Assembly (NCBI GenBank): GCA_943353165.1
Contig: CALRAM010000001.1
Span: 173,803 to 237,802 of the forward strand
Source: an uncultured Candidatus Saccharimonas sp.
GTDB taxonomy: Bacteria > Patescibacteriota > Saccharimonadia > Saccharimonadales > OMJO01
Length of the DNA: 64,000 nucleotides
Reading direction: 5' to 3'
The translations under genes and the position numbers were made by a program. The notes beneath the pieces were generated by a model. That model was not told the DNA's origin. It saw nothing but the letters and a program-made list of their open reading frames with translations, and searched no databases. Positions 9,071-18,412 of the stretch are shown here, one piece after another. Each line of letters begins with the position of its first letter. Within the stretch, counting starts at the first letter, position 1.

Positions 9071-10099
9071 ATGAAAGAGCATAAAAGCCTGTCTCCGAGC
9101 AGGTCGATACGCCTAGCAGTTGCGTTAGGCCTAGTTTCGTTGCTGATTTTACAAATATTGATGGCAAAGGTCCAAGCCGCCGTCATAACAGGCCGAACGC
9201 TTACTATAGGCAGTTCTGTGGCTTCGGCATCTACCAGCTACACGTTTACCTTTACAGTTCCTTCTGCAACCGTACTGGCTTCCTTTGAGGCAGCCGCCTG
9301 TACAACCGCCAGCGGGGCCTGCACGACACCGGCTGGTTTTACCAGCGCAACATCTACTCTATCCGCACAACCCACAAACCTAGGAGACGCAACTGGCTGG
9401 ACCGTAAATACAGGCACAGCAGGAAGTCTTCGTATCAAAAAAACAGGCAACGTTGCTGCTCCAGCTGGCAGCCAAACTGTTGCATTTTCTGGCGTAACCA
9501 ACCCAAGCGCCACAAACTCTACATTTTTTATGAGGCTAACTACATACTCTGACGATGCATGGACAACTGCCGTAGATACTGGGAATGTTGCGTCGTCTAC
9601 TGCCGGACAAATAACTGTAACAGCTAGTGTAGGCGAAACGCTGACCTTTACGCTTGCTTCTGCAACAGTAGCCCTGGGAACTTTGACCACAGCCACTACA
9701 GGCTCTGGCACTTCAACTATGACGGCTGCCACAAACTCTGCCAGCGGTTACGTAGTTACTATAAATGGATCCACCCTGACTAGCGGTGTTGACACCATTA
9801 CTGCATTGGCTGCTCAGACTGCTAGTACGGTAGGCAATAGTCAGTTTGGTATCAACCTAAAAGCCAACACGACTCCGTCGGTCGGTTCAAATGTTTCTGG
9901 GACTGGCTCTGGAACAGCCACTGCCAACTATGGTACTGCCGACCAATTCCGTTTCGTTACAGGCGATAGCGTGGCATCGGCATCTGGACCAACAAATTCA
10001 AACACATATACTGTCAGCTACATTGGAAACATTGCTGGCATAACACTTTCCGGAAGTTACTCAACAGTATTGACCTATATAGCTACCGCAACATTTTAA
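9071..10099 (+). CDS. Secreted Thr/Ser/Ala-rich surface protein, WxL-like, paralog 1
   Basis: The track ORF starts at 9011. The Met at 9071 gives the signal peptide MKEHKSLSPSRSIRLAVALGLVSLLILQILMAKVQA. Contains GDATGWTVNT and ends ..GSYSTVLTYIATATF. Paralogous to 10102..11208. Confidence 0.5.
   Translation: MKEHKSLSPSRSIRLAVALGLVSLLILQILMAKVQAAVITGRTLTIGSSVASASTSYTFTFTVPSATVLASFEAAACTTASGACTTPAGFTSATSTLSAQPTNLGDATGWTVNTGTAGSLRIKKTGNVAAPAGSQTVAFSGVTNPSATNSTFFMRLTTYSDDAWTTAVDTGNVASSTAGQITVTASVGETLTFTLASATVALGTLTTATTGSGTSTMTAATNSASGYVVTINGSTLTSGVDTITALAAQTASTVGNSQFGINLKANTTPSVGSNVSGTGSGTATANYGTADQFRFVTGDSVASASGPTNSNTYTVSYIGNIAGITLSGSYSTVLTYIATATF
9755..9983 (+). repeat. 229-bp near-identical segment, copy A, shared by the tandem paralogs
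   Basis: 226/229 identical to 10864..11092 at a constant offset of 1109. The mismatches are at 9833, 9841 and 9976. The flanking parts of the two genes are far more diverged. Confidence 0.95.
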
Positions 10100-10101
10100 T
10101 A

Positions 10102-11208
10102 ATGTTAGGCCTCAAAAAGCTGCAGCAAAACTATGCGACAAGACAAGCTAATATAATTCGATCAAAACTATGTATAAAAATTTTTTATATTTTGGTTCTA
10201 GTTTTTGCCCCATTATTTGGTATGCCCATTGACTCTAGCGCTGCAACCATAACTAGCCGTTCTATTACCTTATCTACGTCTGTTGCAAGTGCTGTAGGAG
10301 TAAACTACACCCTCACTAGCGCAGCACTCCCCACTGTTGCCAGTATAGTAAAATCTGTTAATGTCGAGTTTTGCACCTCTCCGAATGGCGTATGCGTTGC
10401 CCCCGCTGGTTTTAGTTCTGCAATCTCTACACTTGCGTCTCAACCTAGCGGTTTAGGCGATGCAACTGGCTGGACCGTAAATACTGCATCTGCAAACCAA
10501 CTACGAGTAACAAACTCCACCAACACAACTACGCCAGCAGGAGCAGTCAGCATCGCATGGGCGGGTGTACAAAACCCTAGCACCACAAACACAACTTTTT
10601 ATGGCATCATTACTACCTATTCAGATGCCTCATGGACTACAGTTTTGGACAGCGGTACAGTTGCGCTTAGCACATCAACAGCAATACAGGTTTCTTTGAC
10701 AGTAGCAGAGATATTGACCTTTTGTACTGGCACCAGTATAACCGGCACAAACTGTGCGACTATAGCAGGCAATACAGTGTCGCTGGGCAACGGTTCTCCG
10801 ACAACAACATCCAGCGGGACGTCTGTCATGGCGATATCTACTAATGCCCCTACAGGGTACAGCGTTACTATAAATGGATCCACCCTGACTAGCGGTGTTG
10901 ACACCATTACTGCATTGGCTGCTCAGACTGCCAGTACGGCAGGCAATAGTCAGTTTGGTATCAACCTAAAAGCCAACACGACTCCGTCGGTCGGTTCAAA
11001 TGTTTCTGGGACTGGCTCTGGAACAGCCACTGCCAACTATGGTACTGCCGACCAATTCCGTTTCGTTACAGGCGATAGCGTGGCTTCGGCATTGATTCCT
11101 ACGAATTCCAATACTTTTACTGTCAGTTACATTGGAAACATTGCTGGTATAACAGCACCAGGAATATACGCCACAAGCCTAACATTCGTTGCGACTGCAA
11201 ATTTCTAA
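10102..11208 (+). CDS. Secreted Thr/Ser/Ala-rich surface protein, WxL-like, paralog 2
   Basis: Signal peptide (..LFGMPIDSSAA). Carries the same GDATGWTVNT motif and ends ..GIYATSLTFVATANF. Starts 2 nt after the stop of paralog 1. Confidence 0.5.
   Translation: MLGLKKLQQNYATRQANIIRSKLCIKIFYILVLVFAPLFGMPIDSSAATITSRSITLSTSVASAVGVNYTLTSAALPTVASIVKSVNVEFCTSPNGVCVAPAGFSSAISTLASQPSGLGDATGWTVNTASANQLRVTNSTNTTTPAGAVSIAWAGVQNPSTTNTTFYGIITTYSDASWTTVLDSGTVALSTSTAIQVSLTVAEILTFCTGTSITGTNCATIAGNTVSLGNGSPTTTSSGTSVMAISTNAPTGYSVTINGSTLTSGVDTITALAAQTASTAGNSQFGINLKANTTPSVGSNVSGTGSGTATANYGTADQFRFVTGDSVASALIPTNSNTFTVSYIGNIAGITAPGIYATSLTFVATANF
10864..11092 (+). repeat. 229-bp near-identical segment, copy B
   Basis: See copy A. 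The segment encodes VTINGSTLTSGVDTITALAAQTAST(V/A)GNSQFGINLKANTTPSVGSNVSGTGSGTATANYGTADQFRFVTGDSVAS. Confidence 0.95.
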
Positions 11209-11227
11209 TATGATACTATTGACTCAT

Positions 11228-12205
11228 ATGAAGAGGGTTAGCGCTAAAACTTTGTTGGCTTTGATAGTTATAATTTCTATCACTATTAATCACGCTTATT
11301 CTGCAAAAGCTGCCACTGACAATGCGCAAGGCCTTCAGATATCTCCAGTTCTAGTAGATATATTAGCTGACCCCGGCAAAACATACTCTTTTAAAATATC
11401 AATCCTAAATGTAACTACCGGAGATTTGCTGTTCAAACCAATTATCAATGATTTTCAGTCCAAAAATGATAGCGGAGAACCAGACATAATCCTAGACGGG
11501 ACAGTACCCAGTACAACCTTGAAAGGGTGGATAAGCCCCATACCCGACATAACCGTAAAAGCCAAAAAATCAGTAGAAGTAAATGTCAGTATCACAGTGC
11601 CTCTAAATGCTGAACCAGGAGGACATTATGGTGTCGTACGGTTTAGTGGAATAGCCCCAGCTCTGGATAAAAGCGGTGTTTCTCTGGCTGCCAGCGCCGG
11701 GCCTCTAGTGCTAGTTAGAGTCAGTGGAGCTGTAAAAGAAAGTTTAGTTGTCAAAGATTTTTACACTGTTCGTGGTAAAAACCGAAGTGTATGGTTCGAG
11801 TCTAGTCCCGTGACTTTCGTAGAAAAGATTACTAATACTGGAAATACGCACTTAAAACCAGTTGGCAACCTGGTGATAACCAATATGTTCGGGGACACCA
11901 CTGCATCGTTAAAAATTAATGATGAAAAAGGCAATGTTTTGCCATCTGGTACTAGAAATTTCGAACAAATACTTCAATCAAAAAGAATGTTTGGTAGATA
12001 CACAGCCAAGTTGGCGTTGGCTTATGGTAGCACTGGGCAAGCATTAACCGGAACTATTACTTTTTGGGTTATTCCGTATAAAATTATAATATTATCATTG
12101 GCTACATTGATAATATTGTTTATGGCCATAAAAAATCTAATAAGAATGTATAACCGCGCGGTTATAAAAAAGGCTCTTGGTGAAACGAAAAAAAAGACAA
12201 AATAA
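11228..12205 (+). CDS. DUF916/DUF3324-like cell-surface protein, second copy
   Basis: The track ORF starts at 11189. The Met at 11228 gives the signal peptide MKRVSAKTLLALIVIISITINHAYSA. Contains GLQISPVLVDILADPGKTYSFKISILN and ITVPLNAEPGGHYGVVRF. C-terminal TM helix plus a basic tail. Confidence 0.55.
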   Translation: MKRVSAKTLLALIVIISITINHAYSAKAATDNAQGLQISPVLVDILADPGKTYSFKISILNVTTGDLLFKPIINDFQSKNDSGEPDIILDGTVPSTTLKGWISPIPDITVKAKKSVEVNVSITVPLNAEPGGHYGVVRFSGIAPALDKSGVSLAASAGPLVLVRVSGAVKESLVVKDFYTVRGKNRSVWFESSPVTFVEKITNTGNTHLKPVGNLVITNMFGDTTASLKINDEKGNVLPSGTRNFEQILQSKRMFGRYTAKLALAYGSTGQALTGTITFWVIPYKIIILSLATLIILFMAIKNLIRMYNRAVIKKALGETKKKTK

Positions 12206-13229
12206 ATTAAGGTTTTTTTCTTTGAAAAATCTAGGCAAATTACTAGGTATTGCAGACAAAAGGCACACAGGAAAAATCATAAAAAACAAGCACAGCTCTT
12301 TTGGAGTTTTGTTTTTATTGATGCTAACTCTATTGCCCGTAATGAATTTCAGCAACCTGGTACTAAGCACGCAAACCAATAGCGGAAATGTTTCTGTAAC
12401 CTTATTAGTGCCTGGACCTTCGCCTACTACGCCAGCAACTATCCTGTCCCCGACAAATGGAAATACAAATACGGCAAATATTAGCGTTTCTGGTACCTGC
12501 GGACCAAATTTGTTAGTAAAAATATTCAATAACTCATCATTTGTTGGTTCTGTTTTTTGTCAACTCAATGGTACTTTTAGTATAAACATTACGCTGATCG
12601 CAGGCGTCAATAATATTACCGCTTTAAACTATGACAACCTGAACCAACCCGGACCAGCGTCTCCGAATGTATCTGTAAACCTGATCAGTGGGGCAGGGCA
12701 ACAATTAAATCCAAAAATGATTATTTTGGCCGACTCTGACTACCGTCAAATCAACCCAAACACACTGACAAATTGGAATTTTTCATTAAAAAACGGACAG
12801 TCACCATACAATGCTTTCATTGACTGGGGTGACGGCAAGAACCAGAAAATGGTATTGAACAAGGCAGGGGATTTTGACTTTAGCCATAGCTACTCAGAAC
12901 CTGGAAAATACAACATCAGTTTGACTATTACCGATTATCTGGGCAACCAAGCGCGTATCCAACTAAATGTTACAGTAAACGGCATACCCGTAGCTCCAAT
13001 TGGCCCGACCGAGCAGCCAAAACAAGCATGCGATAACACAAATAATCAACTTAGTAGTTTTGGGCTTTTTAGATGCAAAATACAGTCCTCTTTGGGTCAA
13101 TATTGGATAGTTTTGTATTGGTTGATGATGCTGGTGTTGGGTATATTCTGGCTAGCCGCCATAAAAAGGCGCAAAAGGGAAGACGAAAAGTCATCAAAGC
13201 GTCGCCCAATCCATACGGCAAGAGCCTGA
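12177..13229 (+). CDS. PKD/Ig-like domain surface protein with C-terminal TM anchor
   Basis: TTG/GTG start. Basic N-region plus a hydrophobic helix, then an Ig-like segment. PKD signature FIDWGDGKNQ...HSYSEPGKYNISLTITDYLGN. C-terminal TM helix followed by KRRKREDEK. Confidence 0.6.
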   Translation: MVKRKKRQNKLRFFSLKNLGKLLGIADKRHTGKIIKNKHSSFGVLFLLMLTLLPVMNFSNLVLSTQTNSGNVSVTLLVPGPSPTTPATILSPTNGNTNTANISVSGTCGPNLLVKIFNNSSFVGSVFCQLNGTFSINITLIAGVNNITALNYDNLNQPGPASPNVSVNLISGAGQQLNPKMIILADSDYRQINPNTLTNWNFSLKNGQSPYNAFIDWGDGKNQKMVLNKAGDFDFSHSYSEPGKYNISLTITDYLGNQARIQLNVTVNGIPVAPIGPTEQPKQACDNTNNQLSSFGLFRCKIQSSLGQYWIVLYWLMMLVLGIFWLAAIKRRKREDEKSSKRRPIHTARA

Positions 13230-13232
13230 AAA

Positions 13233-14462
13233 TTACTCGTATCGAAGAGCGTCTATGGGGTCTTTTGATGCTGCCTTCAAGGCGGGTGTTATGCCAAAAA
13301 ATACCCCTACTGCTAATGCCAATACCAAGGCAATGCCCATAATAGGAAAAGTTATTGCTGGCACTATATCGGTAAACAAGGCGATGGCATAATCTACGAC
13401 CAAAGATACGATTATTCCCAAAAATCCACCCGCAAGGCTTAGTATGGCTGCCTCCGTCAAAAATTGATTCAATATCTGTCTATTAGTAGCGCCCACTGCT
13501 TTACGAACCCCGATTTCGCGAGTTCGTTCGGTCACAGACAACAACATAATATTCATAATCCCTATACCGCCGACTATCAGTGATATTCCGGCCAAACCAG
13601 CTATTAAGCTAGTCAAAAGTTTAAGTATACCGTTGGTTACGGCCAGTGTGTCTTCTTTTTTTAGCACGGTAAAATCTTCTTGGTTGCCGTGAGCTTTTTG
13701 CAGATTAATTGTTATATTTTTAGCAACTTCATCTGTTAATCCTATAGCTTCGGGAACTACCAACACTTGGTATATCTGCGTTTGCCCGCCAGAAATCTTT
13801 TTGCCAGTTTCGTAAGGGATAAATATTGTACGGTTATAGTCAGTACTTGGAGACAGAGGATTATTGGCGTAATTATCCATTATGCCGCCTACGATGAATT
13901 GTTCTTCGCGTATTTGCAAACTTTTACCAATTGGTACGTTCTCGTTAAATAGTTCCTGGGCGACTTTTTTGCCCAAAATGGCTATATTTTTATTTGGGTT
14001 TTTATCGTCAAAAAATTCACCGTATAGAACTTTTTGTTTTAATACTTTGGGCAGTTCGCTAGTAGTGGCTACTACATTACCGTCCAAAAATTCCCGTTCG
14101 TCTGTCTTTGCTACGGCTGAAATTTTGCTAAATGGAACTGATACTAAAACATTTTTAGACTTGCTGATGACTTCGTAATCATTATTGCTAAACGAACCAT
14201 TGCTTTGGCTAGCCAACAAGTTTACATCTATAATTTTGCCTTCTGAATTGCGCGTAACTGATTTGCCGGGACGAACGGTTATGGTATCGCTGCCCAGTAT
14301 GTTAATCTGGCCTTCAACTTGTTTGCGCACCCCCTCGCCAATACTGACAATTGTTACAACGCTAGCTACACCTATAATTATCCCTAAAACAGTCAGCATG
14401 CTACGCCAACGAGATGTTTTTAGGCTAAACAGCGCCTCCTTCATATTGTTTCCAAATGTCAT
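13233..14462 (-). CDS. ABC transporter permease, MacB/FtsX family
   Basis: N-terminal TM helix, a ~240-aa extracytoplasmic domain, and a C-terminal three-TM FtsX-type domain. Overlaps the ATPase gene by 4 nt. Confidence 0.8.
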   Translation of the reverse strand: MTFGNNMKEALFSLKTSRWRSMLTVLGIIIGVASVVTIVSIGEGVRKQVEGQINILGSDTITVRPGKSVTRNSEGKIIDVNLLASQSNGSFSNNDYEVISKSKNVLVSVPFSKISAVAKTDEREFLDGNVVATTSELPKVLKQKVLYGEFFDDKNPNKNIAILGKKVAQELFNENVPIGKSLQIREEQFIVGGIMDNYANNPLSPSTDYNRTIFIPYETGKKISGGQTQIYQVLVVPEAIGLTDEVAKNITINLQKAHGNQEDFTVLKKEDTLAVTNGILKLLTSLIAGLAGISLIVGGIGIMNIMLLSVTERTREIGVRKAVGATNRQILNQFLTEAAILSLAGGFLGIIVSLVVDYAIALFTDIVPAITFPIMGIALVLALAVGVFFGITPALKAASKDPIDALRYE

Positions 14463-15325
14463 TTTTTTGCCGTCCTTTTTTTGGTAGCGCGTTTTTTTGG
14501 TTGAATTTTTTTGCGTGCCTTTTGTTTTTCGATCTTGTCTGGAAAAGTTTTCATCAGGACCGAAACACCTGCCAGATCATCTTCTAAACTAAACCGTGAC
14601 AGAGAATACATAGTCTTTTTCAATAGTTTTGGCACCTGACCCAATGCTGATTGTTCGTCGCCGATTATGTCGCCGTCGTGCATAAATACAACTCGAGTCG
14701 CGTACCGAGTCAGCTCTGGATTGTGAGTCACCATCAAAATAGTTCCACCTGATTTGTGGATATCTGCTAGTAGCTCCATAACCAGCCTACTAGATTGACT
14801 ATCCAAATTTCCCGTTGGTTCGTCGGCTATGATAATATGCGGATTATTGACCAGCGCCCTTGCTATGGCTACGCGTTGGGCCTGACCGCCACTCAATTGT
14901 TTAGGATAAAACTGCTCTCTGTCCGACAGGCCGACTCTTTCCAGCATTGCTCCTGCTTGTTTTAGTCTACGAGTTTGCGTTATGCCCTTGTAAACCAGGG
15001 GTAGAGCTACATTTTCCAGTACAGTCAATTTTGGTAACAAATTAAATGACTGAAACACAAAACCAATAGTGTCTCTACGCACCTTTGCTCGCTGATTTGT
15101 TCGCAGGCGTTCTACGGATCTGTCGTTTAGACTAAAACTGCCGTGAGTGGGGCGGTCCAATAGCCCAATCAGATTCATCAAAGTAGATTTACCTGAACCG
15201 CTAGGGCCCATAACTGCAACAAATTCGCCCTTGGAAACAGAAATATTTATTTCGTCCAAAGCCACCACAGTAGCGTCGCCAAAGCCGTATAGTTTACTGA
15301 CTTCTTTTAGTTCTATTAGAGACAT
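14459..15325 (-). CDS. ABC transporter ATP-binding protein (MacB/LolD-type) with Lys-rich C-terminal extension
   Basis: Walker A GPSGSGKST, signature LSGGQAQR, Walker B IIIADEPT, H-loop VTHN. Confidence 0.9.
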   Translation of the reverse strand: MSLIELKEVSKLYGFGDATVVALDEINISVSKGEFVAVMGPSGSGKSTLMNLIGLLDRPTHGSFSLNDRSVERLRTNQRAKVRRDTIGFVFQSFNLLPKLTVLENVALPLVYKGITQTRRLKQAGAMLERVGLSDREQFYPKQLSGGQAQRVAIARALVNNPHIIIADEPTGNLDSQSSRLVMELLADIHKSGGTILMVTHNPELTRYATRVVFMHDGDIIGDEQSALGQVPKLLKKTMYSLSRFSLEDDLAGVSVLMKTFPDKIEKQKARKKIQPKKRATKKRTAKK

Positions 15326-15514
15326 ATGGTCATAGTGTACTTCGTTTATGCAAGATATTTCAAGGTGTTAATTTATAATATCTATCTGGGCATATAAAAT
15401 GGGCGGAATTGTGGCGAATATTAGCAGTAGCCAGCTCAAAGGTGGCACGATGATAACTTGACCACCGTGACAGGCGAAAAAGGGTTATAATTATATTTGA
15501 TCCCGTTTAGTAAT

Positions 15515-15605
<91 letters not shown>

Positions 15606-15701
15606 ATAAAAATCCGCCCCAAAAGGGCTTTGCTAATATTGCTTGCGTCGATGTGTTAAAATATATATGCATTAGTATTATAAAAAATAATTATATTTAT
15701 A

Positions 15702-17651
15702 ATGAAAAAAATTAATAAAATACACTTTAATAGATTGACAGCTAGCCTGGTCTCTATAATAGTGTCTGTATCCACCTTATTAGCCGGTATTTTGACGCCT
15801 ACTCCTGCGGATGCTATTGTGCCAACAACCGTATTGAATGTCGGAGACCTAGGCAGTGGCTTTAGCAGAGGTAACGCCATAAATGACCAAGGCCAAGTAG
15901 CCGGCTACTCATTTACTTCCCTCGAGACGGGCTATCACCAGAATGCATTTCTCTGGAGCCCGTCCACGGGGACCGAAAATTTGGGATCTCTCAATACCAA
16001 TTCGGGCCCATCTTATGTTCAGGACCTAAATTCTTCAATGGCGCGTGGCTTAAATAATAACGGGCAGGTAGTTGGTAGTTCCACCTCTAGTGTGCTGACA
16101 GAAGTAAGCAATGGGGATTGGCGTTACACAAACCATGCCTTTGTATGGACGCAATCAACCGGAATGGTGGATCTAGGTGTCCCAAATAATTCTTATAGCT
16201 CTGAAGCAGTAGGCATCAACGACAACGGTCAGATAATTGGCACATCCCAAAATAATTCTGGCCCAGCATCTGGTTGGCTTTGGGAAAATGGTACATTTAC
16301 TACGATACCCTGCATCCCAGACGATATAAATGATTCAGGTATAGTGGCAGGAGCATATTTTTTAAACGCGCGATGGACTGCCTGTACCTGGGATAGCATT
16401 AATGGACTTCGGGATTTAGGCATTATAGGCGGACCAAATAGCTGGGCAACAGGCATAAACGCGGCCGGACAAGTAGTTGGTCGTGTAGAACCTATTGATG
16501 AAAATACACCAGAATCCCAAGTATTTATTTGGGACCCCTTTACTGGACAGAGAGATATGTCTGAATTTGATATTGCACTGGGCGGAAAGCCAGCCTTTAT
16601 TACTGAAGTTAATGACATAAACGACAGCATGCAGGTAACCGGATCGTTCCTCAGTTCAGATATCTGCGCCCAGCGACATGTCTTTGCCTGGGATCCAATA
16701 AATGGAGTAACAGATATCGGGGCCGATGGATATATCACAGTAGGAGATTCCATAAATAACTCTGGCCAGGTCGCAGGCTATAGCCAAATCGGAGTTGACG
16801 CATATACCAACGATCCATGCATCTCGTCGCCGACTACCAGCTCTCCTAGCATCCTAATGAGTAGTGCAACACTGGCTTCTACAACAACTACTACTACAAA
16901 TGACAAAGCAACGATATGGAGTGGCAACAAACCGACCGTTAGAAAGATTTCTGTAGGAGGCGGATCAATAGTACGTGGAGATTCAGGTATTGCCCGAACA
17001 ATTCAGTTCCCAGTTACATTGTCGGTACCTTCACGGACAAATGTAACAGTAAGCTACGCAATTGCTAGTGACGGCACAGGAACAGCATTGCCTGTAACTG
17101 ACTTTGTAGCAAAAACCGGCAAGGTAACCTTTAGGGTTGGTCCCAAGGGCTACACGCCCACAACGCTTTGGGTTAACACATTAGTAAAACCCAGCACAAC
17201 TGGTGGCACAAAAACTTTCAAGGTCACGATCGGAAACCCAATCGGCGGATACACCTTGAATGCAGACGGGACAAATGCAGTGGGCACCATCCTACAACGC
17301 AGTGGGTCAACGATTAGGGCCAGTGTCGGGGACACTAGTATTTGGGAAGGCGACCATGGCAATAACGCTGTTAAAGTATGGGTAAACCTATCCGCTCCAG
17401 CCACCAGCACTATTAAATTGAATCTCAGTTTGGTAAATGGCAGTGCCCAAGCTGGTTCTGGTTACAAAACTTTTTCCACAAAAACCGTCAAGTTTCTGGC
17501 AGGGCAACGACAGAAAAGCTTTACTATCTACACGCGATCAAACCTAACTACAGAAACAAACAAAAACTTTTCAGTCGTATTGTCAAACCCGTCTATGGGG
17601 CTAACTATTGACCGTGGTACAGCGACAATAAACATACTGAACGACGACTAA
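15702..17651 (+). CDS. Secreted HAF-family extracellular-repeat protein with two C-terminal Calx-beta-like domains
   Basis: Signal peptide. Repeats of the type (N/H)AF(L/V)W..xxG..DLG.. occur about six times. The C-terminus carries Calx-beta-like segments (VTLSVPSRTNVTVSYAIASDGTGTA..DF; VNLSAPATSTIKLNLSLVNGSAQAGSGY). Confidence 0.65.
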   Translation: MKKINKIHFNRLTASLVSIIVSVSTLLAGILTPTPADAIVPTTVLNVGDLGSGFSRGNAINDQGQVAGYSFTSLETGYHQNAFLWSPSTGTENLGSLNTNSGPSYVQDLNSSMARGLNNNGQVVGSSTSSVLTEVSNGDWRYTNHAFVWTQSTGMVDLGVPNNSYSSEAVGINDNGQIIGTSQNNSGPASGWLWENGTFTTIPCIPDDINDSGIVAGAYFLNARWTACTWDSINGLRDLGIIGGPNSWATGINAAGQVVGRVEPIDENTPESQVFIWDPFTGQRDMSEFDIALGGKPAFITEVNDINDSMQVTGSFLSSDICAQRHVFAWDPINGVTDIGADGYITVGDSINNSGQVAGYSQIGVDAYTNDPCISSPTTSSPSILMSSATLASTTTTTTNDKATIWSGNKPTVRKISVGGGSIVRGDSGIARTIQFPVTLSVPSRTNVTVSYAIASDGTGTALPVTDFVAKTGKVTFRVGPKGYTPTTLWVNTLVKPSTTGGTKTFKVTIGNPIGGYTLNADGTNAVGTILQRSGSTIRASVGDTSIWEGDHGNNAVKVWVNLSAPATSTIKLNLSLVNGSAQAGSGYKTFSTKTVKFLAGQRQKSFTIYTRSNLTTETNKNFSVVLSNPSMGLTIDRGTATINILNDD

Positions 17652-17654
17652 CAA

Positions 17655-18362
17655 TCAACTGATTTTGGTGCCAATGTTTTTGCCCTGAACAAGGTTTAGT
17701 ATATTGCCGGCTTGCATAGCGTTAAAAACTATTATGGGCATCTGTTGCTCCATAGCTAATCCCAAGGCGGCTTTGTCCATAACGCCTATTTCTTTGCCAC
17801 CAATCGCATTTTTGTACGATATATTTTTCAGTTTTTTGGCGTCTTTGAACTGGACAGGGTCTTTGTCATAAACACCATCTACTTTGGTAGCCTTTAAAAC
17901 AACCTGGCAATCAAGCTCCAATGCCAATATCAAGGCGGCTGTGTCTGTAGTAACATAGGGCCTGCCGCTACCACCAGCTACCACAACAACTCTGCCTTTT
18001 TCTAGATGCTTTCCGGCCAGCCTATGCACGAACGGCTCGGCAACTTGTTCTGCAAAAATATTTGACAGGCACCTAGTCGGAACACCGTGCGCCTCGAAGA
18101 TATCTGTCAGAGCCAGAGCGTTAATCATAGTCCCTAGCATACCCATATGGTCCCCTGTAACTCGTTTTATGCCGTGACCTGCTATCTGAGCACCCCGAAC
18201 AAAGTTACCCCCGCCTATCATGATGACAACTTGGCAGCCGGCATTGGATACTTTTTTAACTTCATCGGCTAGCCAGCTGACTAGCTTTGGGTCAATGCCA
18301 GCTTCATAATCTCCGGCCAGCTGCTCGCCGGACAATTTTAGTAATATTCTGTTGTAACGCAT
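17655..18362 (-). CDS. pyrH: UMP kinase
   Basis: ILLKLSGE..., IMIGGGNFVRG and GTMINALAL motifs of the amino-acid-kinase-fold UMP kinases. Confidence 0.9.
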   Translation of the reverse strand: MRYNRILLKLSGEQLAGDYEAGIDPKLVSWLADEVKKVSNAGCQVVIMIGGGNFVRGAQIAGHGIKRVTGDHMGMLGTMINALALTDIFEAHGVPTRCLSNIFAEQVAEPFVHRLAGKHLEKGRVVVVAGGSGRPYVTTDTAALILALELDCQVVLKATKVDGVYDKDPVQFKDAKKLKNISYKNAIGGKEIGVMDKAALGLAMEQQMPIIVFNAMQAGNILNLVQGKNIGTKIS

Positions 18363-18412
18363 TACAGGCTAGTCTAGCAGATTGCGCGTCGTTTAGGCTA
18401 TAATTAGTGCAT

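Noticed and set aside
9755-11092. A diversity-generating retroelement (template/variable repeat pair) as the explanation for the near-identical 229-bp blocks.
   Set aside because: The three mismatches are T/C, T/C and A/T rather than adenine-specific. Both copies are in-frame parts of full-length genes. No reverse transcriptase or accessory gene exists in the window.
2992-13229. An intact or recently integrated prophage, genomic island or tailocin.
   Set aside because: There is no integrase, terminase, portal, capsid, sheath/tube, baseplate or lysis gene, and no att-like direct repeats were recognised. The flanking genes are ordinary chromosomal genes.
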